64,000 nucleotides of DNA from a virus. The position numbers were made by a program, and so were the translations under genes. Numbering within the stretch: position 1 is the stretch's first letter; every line of letters begins with the position of its first letter. The notes below the pieces were generated by a model, which ran no database searches, had not been told where the DNA came from, and saw only the letters and a program-made list of their open reading frames with translations. Shown one piece after another: positions 56,252 to 64,000 of this stretch. The stretch lies in IMG/VR virus record IMGVR_UViG_3300045988_072432; one strand, given 5' to 3'.

Positions 56252-59200
56252 TTTTACGATTCTTAAACTTATGATATTCCTCCATGTACTCTTCTACCGA
56301 AAAGTCTGGTTTTAACATTCTAGTATAATCATATCCTGGAATAAAAGGTAATTCTTCTGCCATTGACCGGCCTATTGTAAAATCCATTGATAGAGTTACA
56401 TCATCCACTTGAAAACCAAAATATTTCTTAGTACTAGGGTTTCTCAATATATCCCATATTTTAAAAACAGTCCAAGTATTAATATATTCAGGCTTTGAGT
56501 AAAAATAGGCTGCATCATGAACAGTTGCTACTTCAAGCATACGGGGTAATTTACCTTGTCTCATTAACCAATAAACAAGGATAGCTCCAAAATTAGTCAT
56601 ATTTGCTGCAGCACCCTGGCAATTACCCGTGATTAAAGTTCTATATCGTTTATCTTCACCAATTACCCTTGTAAAGAAAGCTCCAGATTTTACAGTAGGA
56701 CACCATACTTTACCTACATACTTCTCTTTCGTTAAATTATTCTCTGAATTGTAAGTATTCTTGGTGTTTACTGATTTCCTAAAATTAGAGAATTTTACTC
56801 CATAACTAGTTTTAGTGGCCCGTACAAACTCTTGACCATATTTACTTGGTTTCTTATCTTTAAAATAAGATATGTCACCTTCATGTGATAATTCATACAT
56901 ACTTGAGGTGTTGTTACAAAGTACTACCAAAGCCTGAAGTAATTCTCCTTGAGTTTTATCTCCGGTTGCCCATATCGACCAACCATCCCCTAATCTCATA
57001 TTCTCTAATAAGATACTTAATTGAGGGTTAGTTAATCGAGTTAATAACTTCATATTTAACTTACGTTCAGGAACTAACCTATTAAGTTTATAAACAAATC
57101 CTGGGTCTCTTATTTCCCATATCACTTGATTCTTTTCTCTACGGGAGAATTCTACATCTAATTCTTCCATAATAGAATCAATAATATCTACCTTGTGAGG
57201 ATTTGCAGTATTACTCTGACATATTCTTACTATGTTACCATTCTTCAGATGACCATCAGTAAGATACCAACCTAAAAAAGCTACATAAGCATCCGAATAT
57301 CTAGCTTTCACTTGATTATTATGAGGAGCTCTTATTGGGATAGCATAAGGTTTATCTGAATTGTATAATTCTTCAGAAGTTAATACTTCGGTATTATCTA
57401 ACTTAGATATCTTATTTGGTTTAGTAACTACCCATCTATGGTCTGGGGTTGATAATACGTCTAGATGTTTTGTCTTTAACCTAATCATATCTCCATCATA
57501 ATCAAATACATTTACCCTTTCAACCTTTTGCCATTCTGATTCTCCTATATCCCGATTAAAAGCTAATATCTCATCACCAACCTTTAAATCTTCATAGTTT
57601 ACCCATCCCTTAGTTTTACTAAGAGCCTGAGATGATGGTAATAAGCAAGGAAAATTAAGTCCCAAACGGATGGCATAAGCAACTTCTTGTTTATCATTTG
57701 AGTATATTTGTGGTAATCTTCTCTTAGTACCAAATAACTGAGTATAATACCCATGCTTACGAAGGAATTTCTCTTGCTTCTCTTTGAACTTAAGTATCTT
57801 TGGATGTTTCTCAAAGAACTCTGCCATTTCTTTATGGGCTTCTTCTTTAGTAACTATAATACCAGCTTTTGGGTCGGATAGTTTTACTGCAAGTAAAGCT
57901 TCCCCAATACCATAAATCAAACCGAATGCAATTTGCTTAGCTTGTTTTCTTCTAGTCTTCCATAGTTTATGGTCTGGATGATTTTCATCTTCATATATCC
58001 TAGATGCTTCTTCAATTGATACCCCATATTTTGCTGCTGCTATACCCAAGTGAGGGTCAGCCCCCTTTGCAAAAGCATCAAGATAAGTTTCATCACCTGA
58101 TAAGTGTGCCATCATTCTTAACTCTGCTTGAGAGTAGTCAAATGCCATATATAGATATCCAGGAGGGGCAATCAATTGTTTCTTGATATTTGGGTCTACT
58201 GATGTCTTAGGTATCTGCTGCATATTTGGGTCTGCAGAACTAAATCTATTAGAATCTGTACCGTGTATATTATACCTACCATGTAATCGGGAATCATCTT
58301 GTACTTTTTCCCACCATCCATAAATATAGGTCTTATACATTTTCTCTAACCCTCGTAATTCAAGAAGCTTATCAAGAAATATTGCCTTTGGTGAATCTTG
58401 CTTTTTAATTGTTAGCCTAAGATTAGTAAGAGTTTCTTCATCAGTACTTGGTTTACCAGATTCATTATCCTTAATTACATCGAAATGAAAACCATCTTCT
58501 GAATACATCAATGCAGGTAAATCAACGGGACTACCCAAATTAATAGGTCTTATTAGTTCTTGTTCTTTTTTAGTTGTGAATATACCTGCTTTGATATTTG
58601 AAATTTTCTGTTCCCTTGATGCAATCTTCCGTTTATCCTTTGGGTCATTATAATCTAACTCTTCAAGTTCTGATTCGATAGATTGAATATACTTATCAAT
58701 CTTTTCTTGGTTATACTTCTTTTCGAATTTCTTTACTCTTGGCAAAGCATATATTGCGTCTCTAGCAGCATCTATTTTTGGCTTATATTCTTCTAAAAGT
58801 TTTTTATTGAACTCAGTATCTAGATATAAACCTTCTTTCTCTACCGAAGTAAGTACTCGTGAATTACACATAAATAAATTACGGAATACCGAATACATAC
58901 CCAAGTCAACCAACTTCTTTTCAAAAAATATCATTAACCTAAGAGTATAATCCGTATCTTGACAACCGTAATGACAGAGTGAATCCAATTCCTTTTTATC
59001 CCATGGTATCTTATCAAAGGCATCTTGCTTTTCATAATTACCATACTCTGGTAAATATCTTCTTACCATTGACTTTAAGTCATGAGGTTTTTCCTCGTTG
59101 AGAACATATTTAGCAAGCATCCCATCTAAACATGTACCTCTGTAGAATATCTGATACTTCTGATTTATCTGATCATCAAATTTCCAGTTCCATGCAACCT

Positions 59201-59486
59201 TAGTTATCTCATAATTCTCGATTACCTCTTCCCCAAATTTCCTTAACATCTTCTTCCAGTTCCACCCAGGTGAAGTATATTCTTTTGTTTGGAAATGGTC
59301 TAAGGGAATAGAAGCACCAAATCCTGGCATCCAAGATACTGAAAGTATGGTTGGCTTAAAACTTTTGTTGTATATTGGTTCTGCATTTGTTTCATAGTCA
59401 CAGCAAGCATAACCAGTAGCTTTACAACAAGCAATAAGTTTTTTAAGCTCTTTCTTGTTTTTTATTATTGTATACCGTGTCTCCAT
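56151..59486 (-). CDS. polA: family A DNA polymerase with 3'-5' exonuclease domain, interrupted by an intein
   Basis: Exo I CCDYETN. Motif A FDYSQAELRMMAHLSGDE. Motif B RRKQAKQIAFGLIYG. Motif LNFP//CQGAAAN split by the intein. Motif C VHDA. Confidence 0.9.
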   Translation of the reverse strand: METRYTIIKNKKELKKLIACCKATGYACCDYETNAEPIYNKSFKPTILSVSWMPGFGASIPLDHFQTKEYTSPGWNWKKMLRKFGEEVIENYEITKVAWNWKFDDQINQKYQIFYRGTCLDGMLAKYVLNEEKPHDLKSMVRRYLPEYGNYEKQDAFDKIPWDKKELDSLCHYGCQDTDYTLRLMIFFEKKLVDLGMYSVFRNLFMCNSRVLTSVEKEGLYLDTEFNKKLLEEYKPKIDAARDAIYALPRVKKFEKKYNQEKIDKYIQSIESELEELDYNDPKDKRKIASREQKISNIKAGIFTTKKEQELIRPINLGSPVDLPALMYSEDGFHFDVIKDNESGKPSTDEETLTNLRLTIKKQDSPKAIFLDKLLELRGLEKMYKTYIYGWWEKVQDDSRLHGRYNIHGTDSNRFSSADPNMQQIPKTSVDPNIKKQLIAPPGYLYMAFDYSQAELRMMAHLSGDETYLDAFAKGADPHLGIAAAKYGVSIEEASRIYEDENHPDHKLWKTRRKQAKQIAFGLIYGIGEALLAVKLSDPKAGIIVTKEEAHKEMAEFFEKHPKILKFKEKQEKFLRKHGYYTQLFGTKRRLPQIYSNDKQEVAYAIRLGLNFPCLLPSSQALSKTKGWVNYEDLKVGDEILAFNRDIGESEWQKVERVNVFDYDGDMIRLKTKHLDVLSTPDHRWVVTKPNKISKLDNTEVLTSEELYNSDKPYAIPIRAPHNNQVKARYSDAYVAFLGWYLTDGHLKNGNIVRICQSNTANPHKVDIIDSIMEELDVEFSRREKNQVIWEIRDPGFVYKLNRLVPERKLNMKLLTRLTNPQLSILLENMRLGDGWSIWATGDKTQGELLQALVVLCNNTSSMYELSHEGDISYFKDKKPSKYGQEFVRATKTSYGVKFSNFRKSVNTKNTYNSENNLTKEKYVGKVWCPTVKSGAFFTRVIGEDKRYRTLITGNCQGAAANMTNFGAILVYWLMRQGKLPRMLEVATVHDAAYFYSKPEYINTWTVFKIWDILRNPSTKKYFGFQVDDVTLSMDFTIGRSMAEELPFIPGYDYTRMLKPDFSVEEYMEEYHKFKNRKIGNFSAASPEVFMELYKKEIHKYQREYEKSRKG
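56622..57647 (-). mobile_element. intein (342 aa) with LAGLIDADG-type endonuclease
   Basis: Residues 614-955 of the polymerase. It starts with Cys (CLLPSS), has block B STPDHRW and LAGLIDADG-like FLGWYLTDGHL and LLENMRLGDGWS, and ends ...LITGN followed by the +1 Cys. Removing it restores NFP-CQGAAAN (the NxPIQG motif). Confidence 0.75.
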
Positions 59487-59540
59487 ATTTTAAAATAGAA
59501 AAAGGGACATACCTACCAGTAGTAGATACATCCCTCATTA

Positions 59541-60275
59541 TTAATACTTCTCTTGTAAATCTTCCAGATTGGATGATAATGCTAACCAATCCTTCTTATA
59601 AGCATGAAGAGAATCAATAGTATGATACAGATAACCGGGTTTAACCCCAACCTCTTTAGCTACGTATTCCATAAGTTTCCATGCAAGGTATATATCATTA
59701 CCAAAGTGAGTAATAAAATCCGAACTTCTTTGGTGATAGCAAATATGTAATACCTTCTCCCCCTTACCATTCTGACGAATAAGAAAATCATAATACATAG
59801 AGCAAGGAATACGTTGTCTACCACCATAGTATAAGGTATCATCATGATCAAATATTGGTATAATTGCTTTTCTTGTATCTGGGTCTCTCTTTAAAAGACG
59901 AACTAAATCTTTTATTAATACTTCACCCATTCTCTCATTGTATGTGTAATCGAACATACCCTTATCATCAAGGAATTGTTCCCATAAATCTTTTCTTAAT
60001 TTCCAAGCTTCTCCTGGATTTATATCATTAGGGGATATTCTTTCTTGGAACTCTGCATCTGCCCATTCTCTTGAATGAGAGAATACGAATAACCATACCG
60101 GGTCTCCCAATGAAGTTAAGCAATATTGTTGGCAAATGAGTTCTTTAGTAATAAAATCCTCATTACCTTCAATGACTTTATTTTGATAGGTCTTTGGTTT
60201 TACAAGTTGACCATAACTATTGAGTTCTCTGCCCATTTCGGACATTAACTCAAAACTGTTAGAATATATCCTCAT
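59541..60275 (-). CDS. ThyA-family pyrimidine deoxynucleotide hydroxymethylase/methylase (dCMP-hydroxymethylase-like)
   Basis: LLKRDPDTRKAII, catalytic IPCS, HQRSSDFITHFGNDIYLAW, DSLHAY. Asp sits where thymidylate synthases have the dUMP-specifying Asn. 244 aa. Confidence 0.65.
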   Translation of the reverse strand: MRIYSNSFELMSEMGRELNSYGQLVKPKTYQNKVIEGNEDFITKELICQQYCLTSLGDPVWLFVFSHSREWADAEFQERISPNDINPGEAWKLRKDLWEQFLDDKGMFDYTYNERMGEVLIKDLVRLLKRDPDTRKAIIPIFDHDDTLYYGGRQRIPCSMYYDFLIRQNGKGEKVLHICYHQRSSDFITHFGNDIYLAWKLMEYVAKEVGVKPGYLYHTIDSLHAYKKDWLALSSNLEDLQEKY

Positions 60276-60288
60276 ATTATATAAATAT

Positions 60289-60483
60289 TTAACTGTATGA
60301 CATTGTAGAATTAACCCAGGTCATATGCCAGTAGCGAAATACAAAATTATCGAAATCCTCTACCTCTTTCATTAACAAGGGTATATCTGGTTCTGCACCG
60401 TTCTTTTTAATCTCTAAAACTTGGTAATAAAATTTGTTTACTAATCCTATCCGCTTCTGATTTAAAAATTCCCTAGCTTCCAT
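60289..60483 (-). CDS. small hypothetical protein
   Basis: 64-aa ORF between the two ThyA-fold candidates. Confidence 0.4.
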   Translation of the reverse strand: MEAREFLNQKRIGLVNKFYYQVLEIKKNGAEPDIPLLMKEVEDFDNFVFRYWHMTWVNSTMSYS

Positions 60484-61396
60484 TGTTGTTCTTTTGTTTT
60501 AAAAGTTTCTTCTTATAGGCTTTACGTTGAGAGTAAGAAATTACATTCTCGGGATATTCAATATCTTCGTATTCAAGAAGTAATTCTTTTGCTTTCATTG
60601 ATTTATATGTTTCTTCATATAAATCTGGTCTGAGCACTTTAAAACTTCTAAAGAATACCTTGAATGAAGAGAATTCCTTCTCTGTACCCTTTTGGAATTT
60701 CTTCCATATCTCTTTTATTCTCTTATTCCAAGCATTCTCTTCTGCCCCCTTAAGTACCTTCTTCAATGGCTTATGGGTATGATACATTAGAAGTGTCTCC
60801 ACATTTCCGTACATTTGAGTCGCGAATAGGTTGATTTGTACTGACTGATCCGGACCATATACGTACTCTGACATTCGTTGAATTAATAGGAAATCGAATA
60901 TTAACCTCTTGGTAATCTCCGAAGCCCGAACTACCATTGTAATAACTGGGATGTCCTCCCCGAATCGTTTTGAAAAAGTCGCTGCTATTAGACATTGCTT
61001 TCCGTTATCATGATGATTGTTAAACATATAGGTTATATTGTAATTCTGATTGTACTTATTTCTCAGTACTCTCAGTTTACTACGCAACAAGTCAAGCTTA
61101 TTAAAGTCTATGTAGTTATTCAATAAGCTAGTCCACTTAGTTTCTTTATAATTGAAACATCTCCCATAATCAAATTCTGGGTCTACCCAGGCATTGCGTA
61201 TCTTTATGAATACGTTATACACTACTGCTACCCCACTATTGGCAATAGCCCCCTTTGCAAATAAAGCAGGCTCTAATCTTAGGAATCCCTCATTGAGTTT
61301 TTCCCATGCTTCTTGTGAGGTAGCAAATTCTAACGAATGGAGGGACTCCTCCGGATTAAGTTGAAGTCCCTCTAATTTATGGTTCCATCCTGACAT
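60473..61396 (-). CDS. hypothetical protein, possibly a second divergent ThyA-fold enzyme
   Basis: Track ORF trimmed to MSGWNHK: the ATG at 61396 follows the upstream TAA by 1 nt. GKQCLIAATF ... VVRASEITKRLIFDF ... is weakly colinear with the PC / RSxD / ND blocks. Confidence 0.5.
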   Translation of the reverse strand: MSGWNHKLEGLQLNPEESLHSLEFATSQEAWEKLNEGFLRLEPALFAKGAIANSGVAVVYNVFIKIRNAWVDPEFDYGRCFNYKETKWTSLLNNYIDFNKLDLLRSKLRVLRNKYNQNYNITYMFNNHHDNGKQCLIAATFSKRFGEDIPVITMVVRASEITKRLIFDFLLIQRMSEYVYGPDQSVQINLFATQMYGNVETLLMYHTHKPLKKVLKGAEENAWNKRIKEIWKKFQKGTEKEFSSFKVFFRSFKVLRPDLYEETYKSMKAKELLLEYEDIEYPENVISYSQRKAYKKKLLKQKNNNGS

Positions 61397-61397
61397 G

Positions 61398-62285
61398 TTA
61401 ATAATTAGTTTGTTGCCTCCATCTATTGAGACGCTGTTTTTTAAAGAATAAACTGAATAACCCTTGGTCTGTGAACCCATTCAATGCAAGGAATCCCATA
61501 TATAGGTAGAAAGCTTTTACCAGTGATTCCTGGAAGTCTATCTCTTTAGTCATTACTTGGGTTTGTTTCCAAGGTCTAGACTTAAGGAAATTCCTTGCCT
61601 TGTTCAATTCATATATCACTTCCCATAAGTATAACTTCTCTGCCTCATGTGATAATTCATTCATCTTATGAAAACCAGGGATGTAAGAGATGATTTGTTC
61701 CCATTTACCACCTTCATCAAAAAAATCCTCTTCACAAATAATATCGAATTTCAATAAATTCTGGTAGTCGGAATATTTTACCACTAACTCTTTAACACCC
61801 ATAGCCATCACATCAAATAAGTTCTTTGCCTTATTATAGCTAAGAATATCTTCAGGAAGTATATTTGAATATACTAGAAGAGTAAAGAAAAAGCCTAAAG
61901 CATCTGCTTGTTCTTCATTTGCATTAGCAAGAGAATTCAATATCAATTGACATTCATTTTCATTGAACATCTCGATATTCCAACCATTCTTCTGACATAA
62001 TTCAAATACTTCTTCGGTAGATTCAAAACCCTCGGTAAGTTCTTCAATTACCCTACCTATAAAGTCCTTGAGTATTACCTGGTTCTTTGCATTATTGATA
62101 TCAAATGGGTAATCAGGTAACTGTTCTATTTGCCTATATCCATGCAATTGTTCTAACCCCAATTCATACATCTTTGATAGTACCCAATTAGTTTCTACTT
62201 TAGGTACTGGTTCACTTATATTTCTTATATCCAAAATGTTAACTTTTATAATGTTTACCATTAAGATAATTACCAACAGTAGCAT
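61398..62285 (-). CDS. all-alpha NTP pyrophosphatase (MazG / dimeric dUTPase / T4 gp56 dCTPase-like)
   Basis: IEELTEGFE and EEQADALGFFF (ExxE...ExxD). The C-terminal half has YELNKARNFLKSRPWK...LVKAFYLYMGFLALNG...FFKKQRLNRWRQQTNY, like the family's WK and K..N..RQ..Y ends. Start uncertain (62285, 62261 or 62171). Confidence 0.55.
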   Translation of the reverse strand: MLLLVIILMVNIIKVNILDIRNISEPVPKVETNWVLSKMYELGLEQLHGYRQIEQLPDYPFDINNAKNQVILKDFIGRVIEELTEGFESTEEVFELCQKNGWNIEMFNENECQLILNSLANANEEQADALGFFFTLLVYSNILPEDILSYNKAKNLFDVMAMGVKELVVKYSDYQNLLKFDIICEEDFFDEGGKWEQIISYIPGFHKMNELSHEAEKLYLWEVIYELNKARNFLKSRPWKQTQVMTKEIDFQESLVKAFYLYMGFLALNGFTDQGLFSLFFKKQRLNRWRQQTNY

Positions 62286-62745
62286 TACTAACCTTCAACC
62301 TTTTAGCTATGTACTTGTTAGTATTACCTTTTAATTTCAATCTCCCTAATCTTCGAATACTACGTACTGTTAATGAAGTATGAGGAGCAAATAGACCTCT
62401 TCTACTTACTCCATACATAGGATTATTTATACCTTTTAATTTCAACCCACCCTTATTAATGGCATCATATACATTATCTTTTTGAGTACCCCATTTAAGG
62501 TTCTCTAAACGATTATTCAAAGGGTTGTCATCTAAGTGCATTACTACTGGTAAATTATTCGGATTAGGTATATAGGCTTCTGCTACTAATCTATGTATTT
62601 TTACATTCTTAGATACCTTATTATTTCTAAGTTTAGTACGTTCGTATCCTTTATGGAAGAAAGTCTTTACGGGATGTCCCTTATTATAAAGCTTACCCTC
62701 CCGAGTAATATGATATCCTGGGAATCCTAATATATTATCTTCCAC
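62239..62745 (-). mobile_element. free-standing HNH homing endonuclease
   Basis: ILGFPGYHITREGKLYNK, HRLVAEAYIPNPNNLPVVMHLDDNPLNNRLENLKWGT, C-terminal HTH. Inserted between the dUTPase and NTP-PPase genes. Confidence 0.75.
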
Positions 62746-63287
62746 TATTTTATGTTTTGAGATGAACCAAATCCCTTATCTCCTCTACTTCCCCACATTT
62801 GAGACTCAGTATAGAATTCTTCTTGTTGAATCTCTTCTGGCTCTGTGATGTAGATGGGAACATGTATGAACTGTACAAGCTTCTTGCCACATTCGATAAC
62901 TTGAGCCTTATTAGAAGCATTATATACTCCGATATGTATCTCTCCTACATAGGGAGAATCTACTATCTCAGCTGTAAAGAGTAAACCTTGCTTAGTGGCT
63001 ATACCTGACTTATTAGCAGCCATTAACATAGAGGCAGGTGGTTCAAGCAATCCCATGATACCAGAGGGGATAAGTATACGATGTCCAGGTTTTAAAGCTA
63101 TATGCCTTACAAAGGCTTCACCAAAAGGAACATCTAAATCATAACCTTCGGAGTCGAATTCATTTTTAGAATGAATATGCTCTGGGTATAAATCAGTTGG
63201 TACATAAAAATCTAACCCAGCATCATTGGGGTTTGCTCTGTTTGGAGATATTACCTCCCTTACTTTGATAAATTTGAATCTGTTCAT
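62745..63287 (-). CDS. dut: trimeric dUTPase
   Basis: Motifs in order: AGLDF, ANKSG, IVDSPYVGEI, KLVQFI, SRGDKGFGSS. Confidence 0.85.
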   Translation of the reverse strand: MNRFKFIKVREVISPNRANPNDAGLDFYVPTDLYPEHIHSKNEFDSEGYDLDVPFGEAFVRHIALKPGHRILIPSGIMGLLEPPASMLMAANKSGIATKQGLLFTAEIVDSPYVGEIHIGVYNASNKAQVIECGKKLVQFIHVPIYITEPEEIQQEEFYTESQMWGSRGDKGFGSSQNIK

Positions 63288-63547
63288 AATATATTACATT
63301 TATGTAAAAGTTGTCCAAAGGTTAATCCTCTTTGAGGAGTTACTCCGAGTGAATGACAGAATCTTTCTACGTCATATTCACCCTGCATAAACAAATCAGC
63401 AAGAACATCGTCCTGCCGTACATAATAATTTGGGTTATTAAGATATAACTTAAACATTGCCCATATCATTCTTAACTTACCTACTTTTCCCATTGCATTC
63501 TTTATAAAGTTCTCTAATACGTTTCTTAGGTACTTCGAATTTCTCAA
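63284..63547 (-). CDS. hypothetical protein
   Basis: 87-aa ORF. The true start may be an internal Met (63493 or 63469), which would reduce the overlap. Confidence 0.45.
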   Translation of the reverse strand: MRNSKYLRNVLENFIKNAMGKVGKLRMIWAMFKLYLNNPNYYVRQDDVLADLFMQGEYDVERFCHSLGVTPQRGLTFGQLLHKCNIL

Positions 63548-63869
63548 CTGTCTTTGAGATAATTTCTTTTCTGTCTTTCCCTTTCCGAATCAAGCTTCGG
63601 ATGAATTTCTTGATACCAACTGTGTCTTCTAATACATCCAAATCTTTGTATTGATTCTTCTGTTCTAATTCTTTCCTTGTAATGTTCAAGTTCTGGGACA
63701 TCTTGAATGCACACAGTTCTGAATCTCCGCATAATTTACATTCTTTAGTGGATAAATCATACCCAATACCAAAGCATGGGTCTCCATTACTTCCCAATTG
63801 AGAGATATCCAATGGTGTTAGGATATCCTGCTTGGTTAAGTCAGGAAGCATTTGTTTTTTCTTTGCCAT
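63477..63869 (-). CDS. hypothetical Cys-containing protein
   Basis: 130-aa ORF: MAKKKQMLPD... with CFG...CKLCGDSELC. Confidence 0.55.
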   Translation of the reverse strand: MAKKKQMLPDLTKQDILTPLDISQLGSNGDPCFGIGYDLSTKECKLCGDSELCAFKMSQNLNITRKELEQKNQYKDLDVLEDTVGIKKFIRSLIRKGKDRKEIISKTVEKFEVPKKRIRELYKECNGKSR

Positions 63870-63871
63870 AA

Positions 63872-64000
63872 TTAATCATCTATTTTTTTTTCTGTTAGTC
63901 TTATGACTGAATCTCCAATCTTCAATTCCGACTCATACAGTGGTAAGTAGGAATGTCCAATTGCATTAATAAATAGTTTCCTGATATCACCCAAGTGTTG
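63872..64000 (-). CDS. hypothetical protein, C-terminal 42 aa only (gene starts beyond window end)
   Basis: Hand-translated open frame from 64000: QHLGDIRKLFINAIGHSYLPLYESELKIGDSVIRLTEKKIDD, with TAA at 63874..63872, 2 nt before the next ATG. Confidence 0.4.
   Translation of the reverse strand, partial: QHLGDIRKLFINAIGHSYLPLYESELKIGDSVIRLTEKKIDD

Overview
The window is most of an AT-rich tailed dsDNA phage genome. Almost every gene is on the minus strand. I found no integrase, tRNA, rRNA or CRISPR array. The host is probably a member of the Bacteroidota. Three things support this: several BACON-like Ig domains in virion proteins, recurring TAnnTTTG (-7) / TTG (-33) promoter boxes, and no Shine-Dalgarno sequences upstream of starts. 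Layout in transcription order (high to low coordinates): (i) 63.9-45.5 kb holds replication, recombination and nucleotide metabolism. It includes dUTPase, two HNH homing endonucleases, an all-alpha NTP pyrophosphatase, two ThyA-fold ORFs, family-A DNA polymerase carrying an intein, GroES-like, gp32-like SSB, RecA-like, FEN, a P-loop kinase, SbcCD, an Hjc-like resolvase, NusG-like and an HTH regulator. (ii) 45.4-29.2 kb holds about 40 small early-type ORFs of unknown function, broken up by repeated host-type promoters and hairpin terminators. (iii) 27.7-30.5 kb is a gene-poor, repeat-rich segment that includes a very AT-rich island. (iv) 27.0-23.3 kb holds three tandem BACON-like paralogs and a plus-strand island of small membrane and zinc-ribbon ORFs. 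(v) 23.3-0 kb holds lysis, a C5 DNA methyltransferase, TerL, portal, protease/scaffold, major capsid, connector genes, a 2046-aa tail fibre and further BACON-like fibre proteins. The most interesting candidate is at 59.5-63.3 kb (with a kinase at 50.4 kb). It looks like a T4-style pyrimidine (probably cytosine) hydroxymethylation pathway in a Bacteroidota phage. Other leads: an iteron- and GGTACC-dense non-coding hub, an exact 57-bp direct repeat bracketing 13 kb of early genes, a glycine-zipper protein with three CCC motifs, a poly-D/E protein encoded by a perfect (GAT)14 repeat, and a polymerase intein without the usual penultimate His. All functional calls rest on motifs read by eye; no database search was run.
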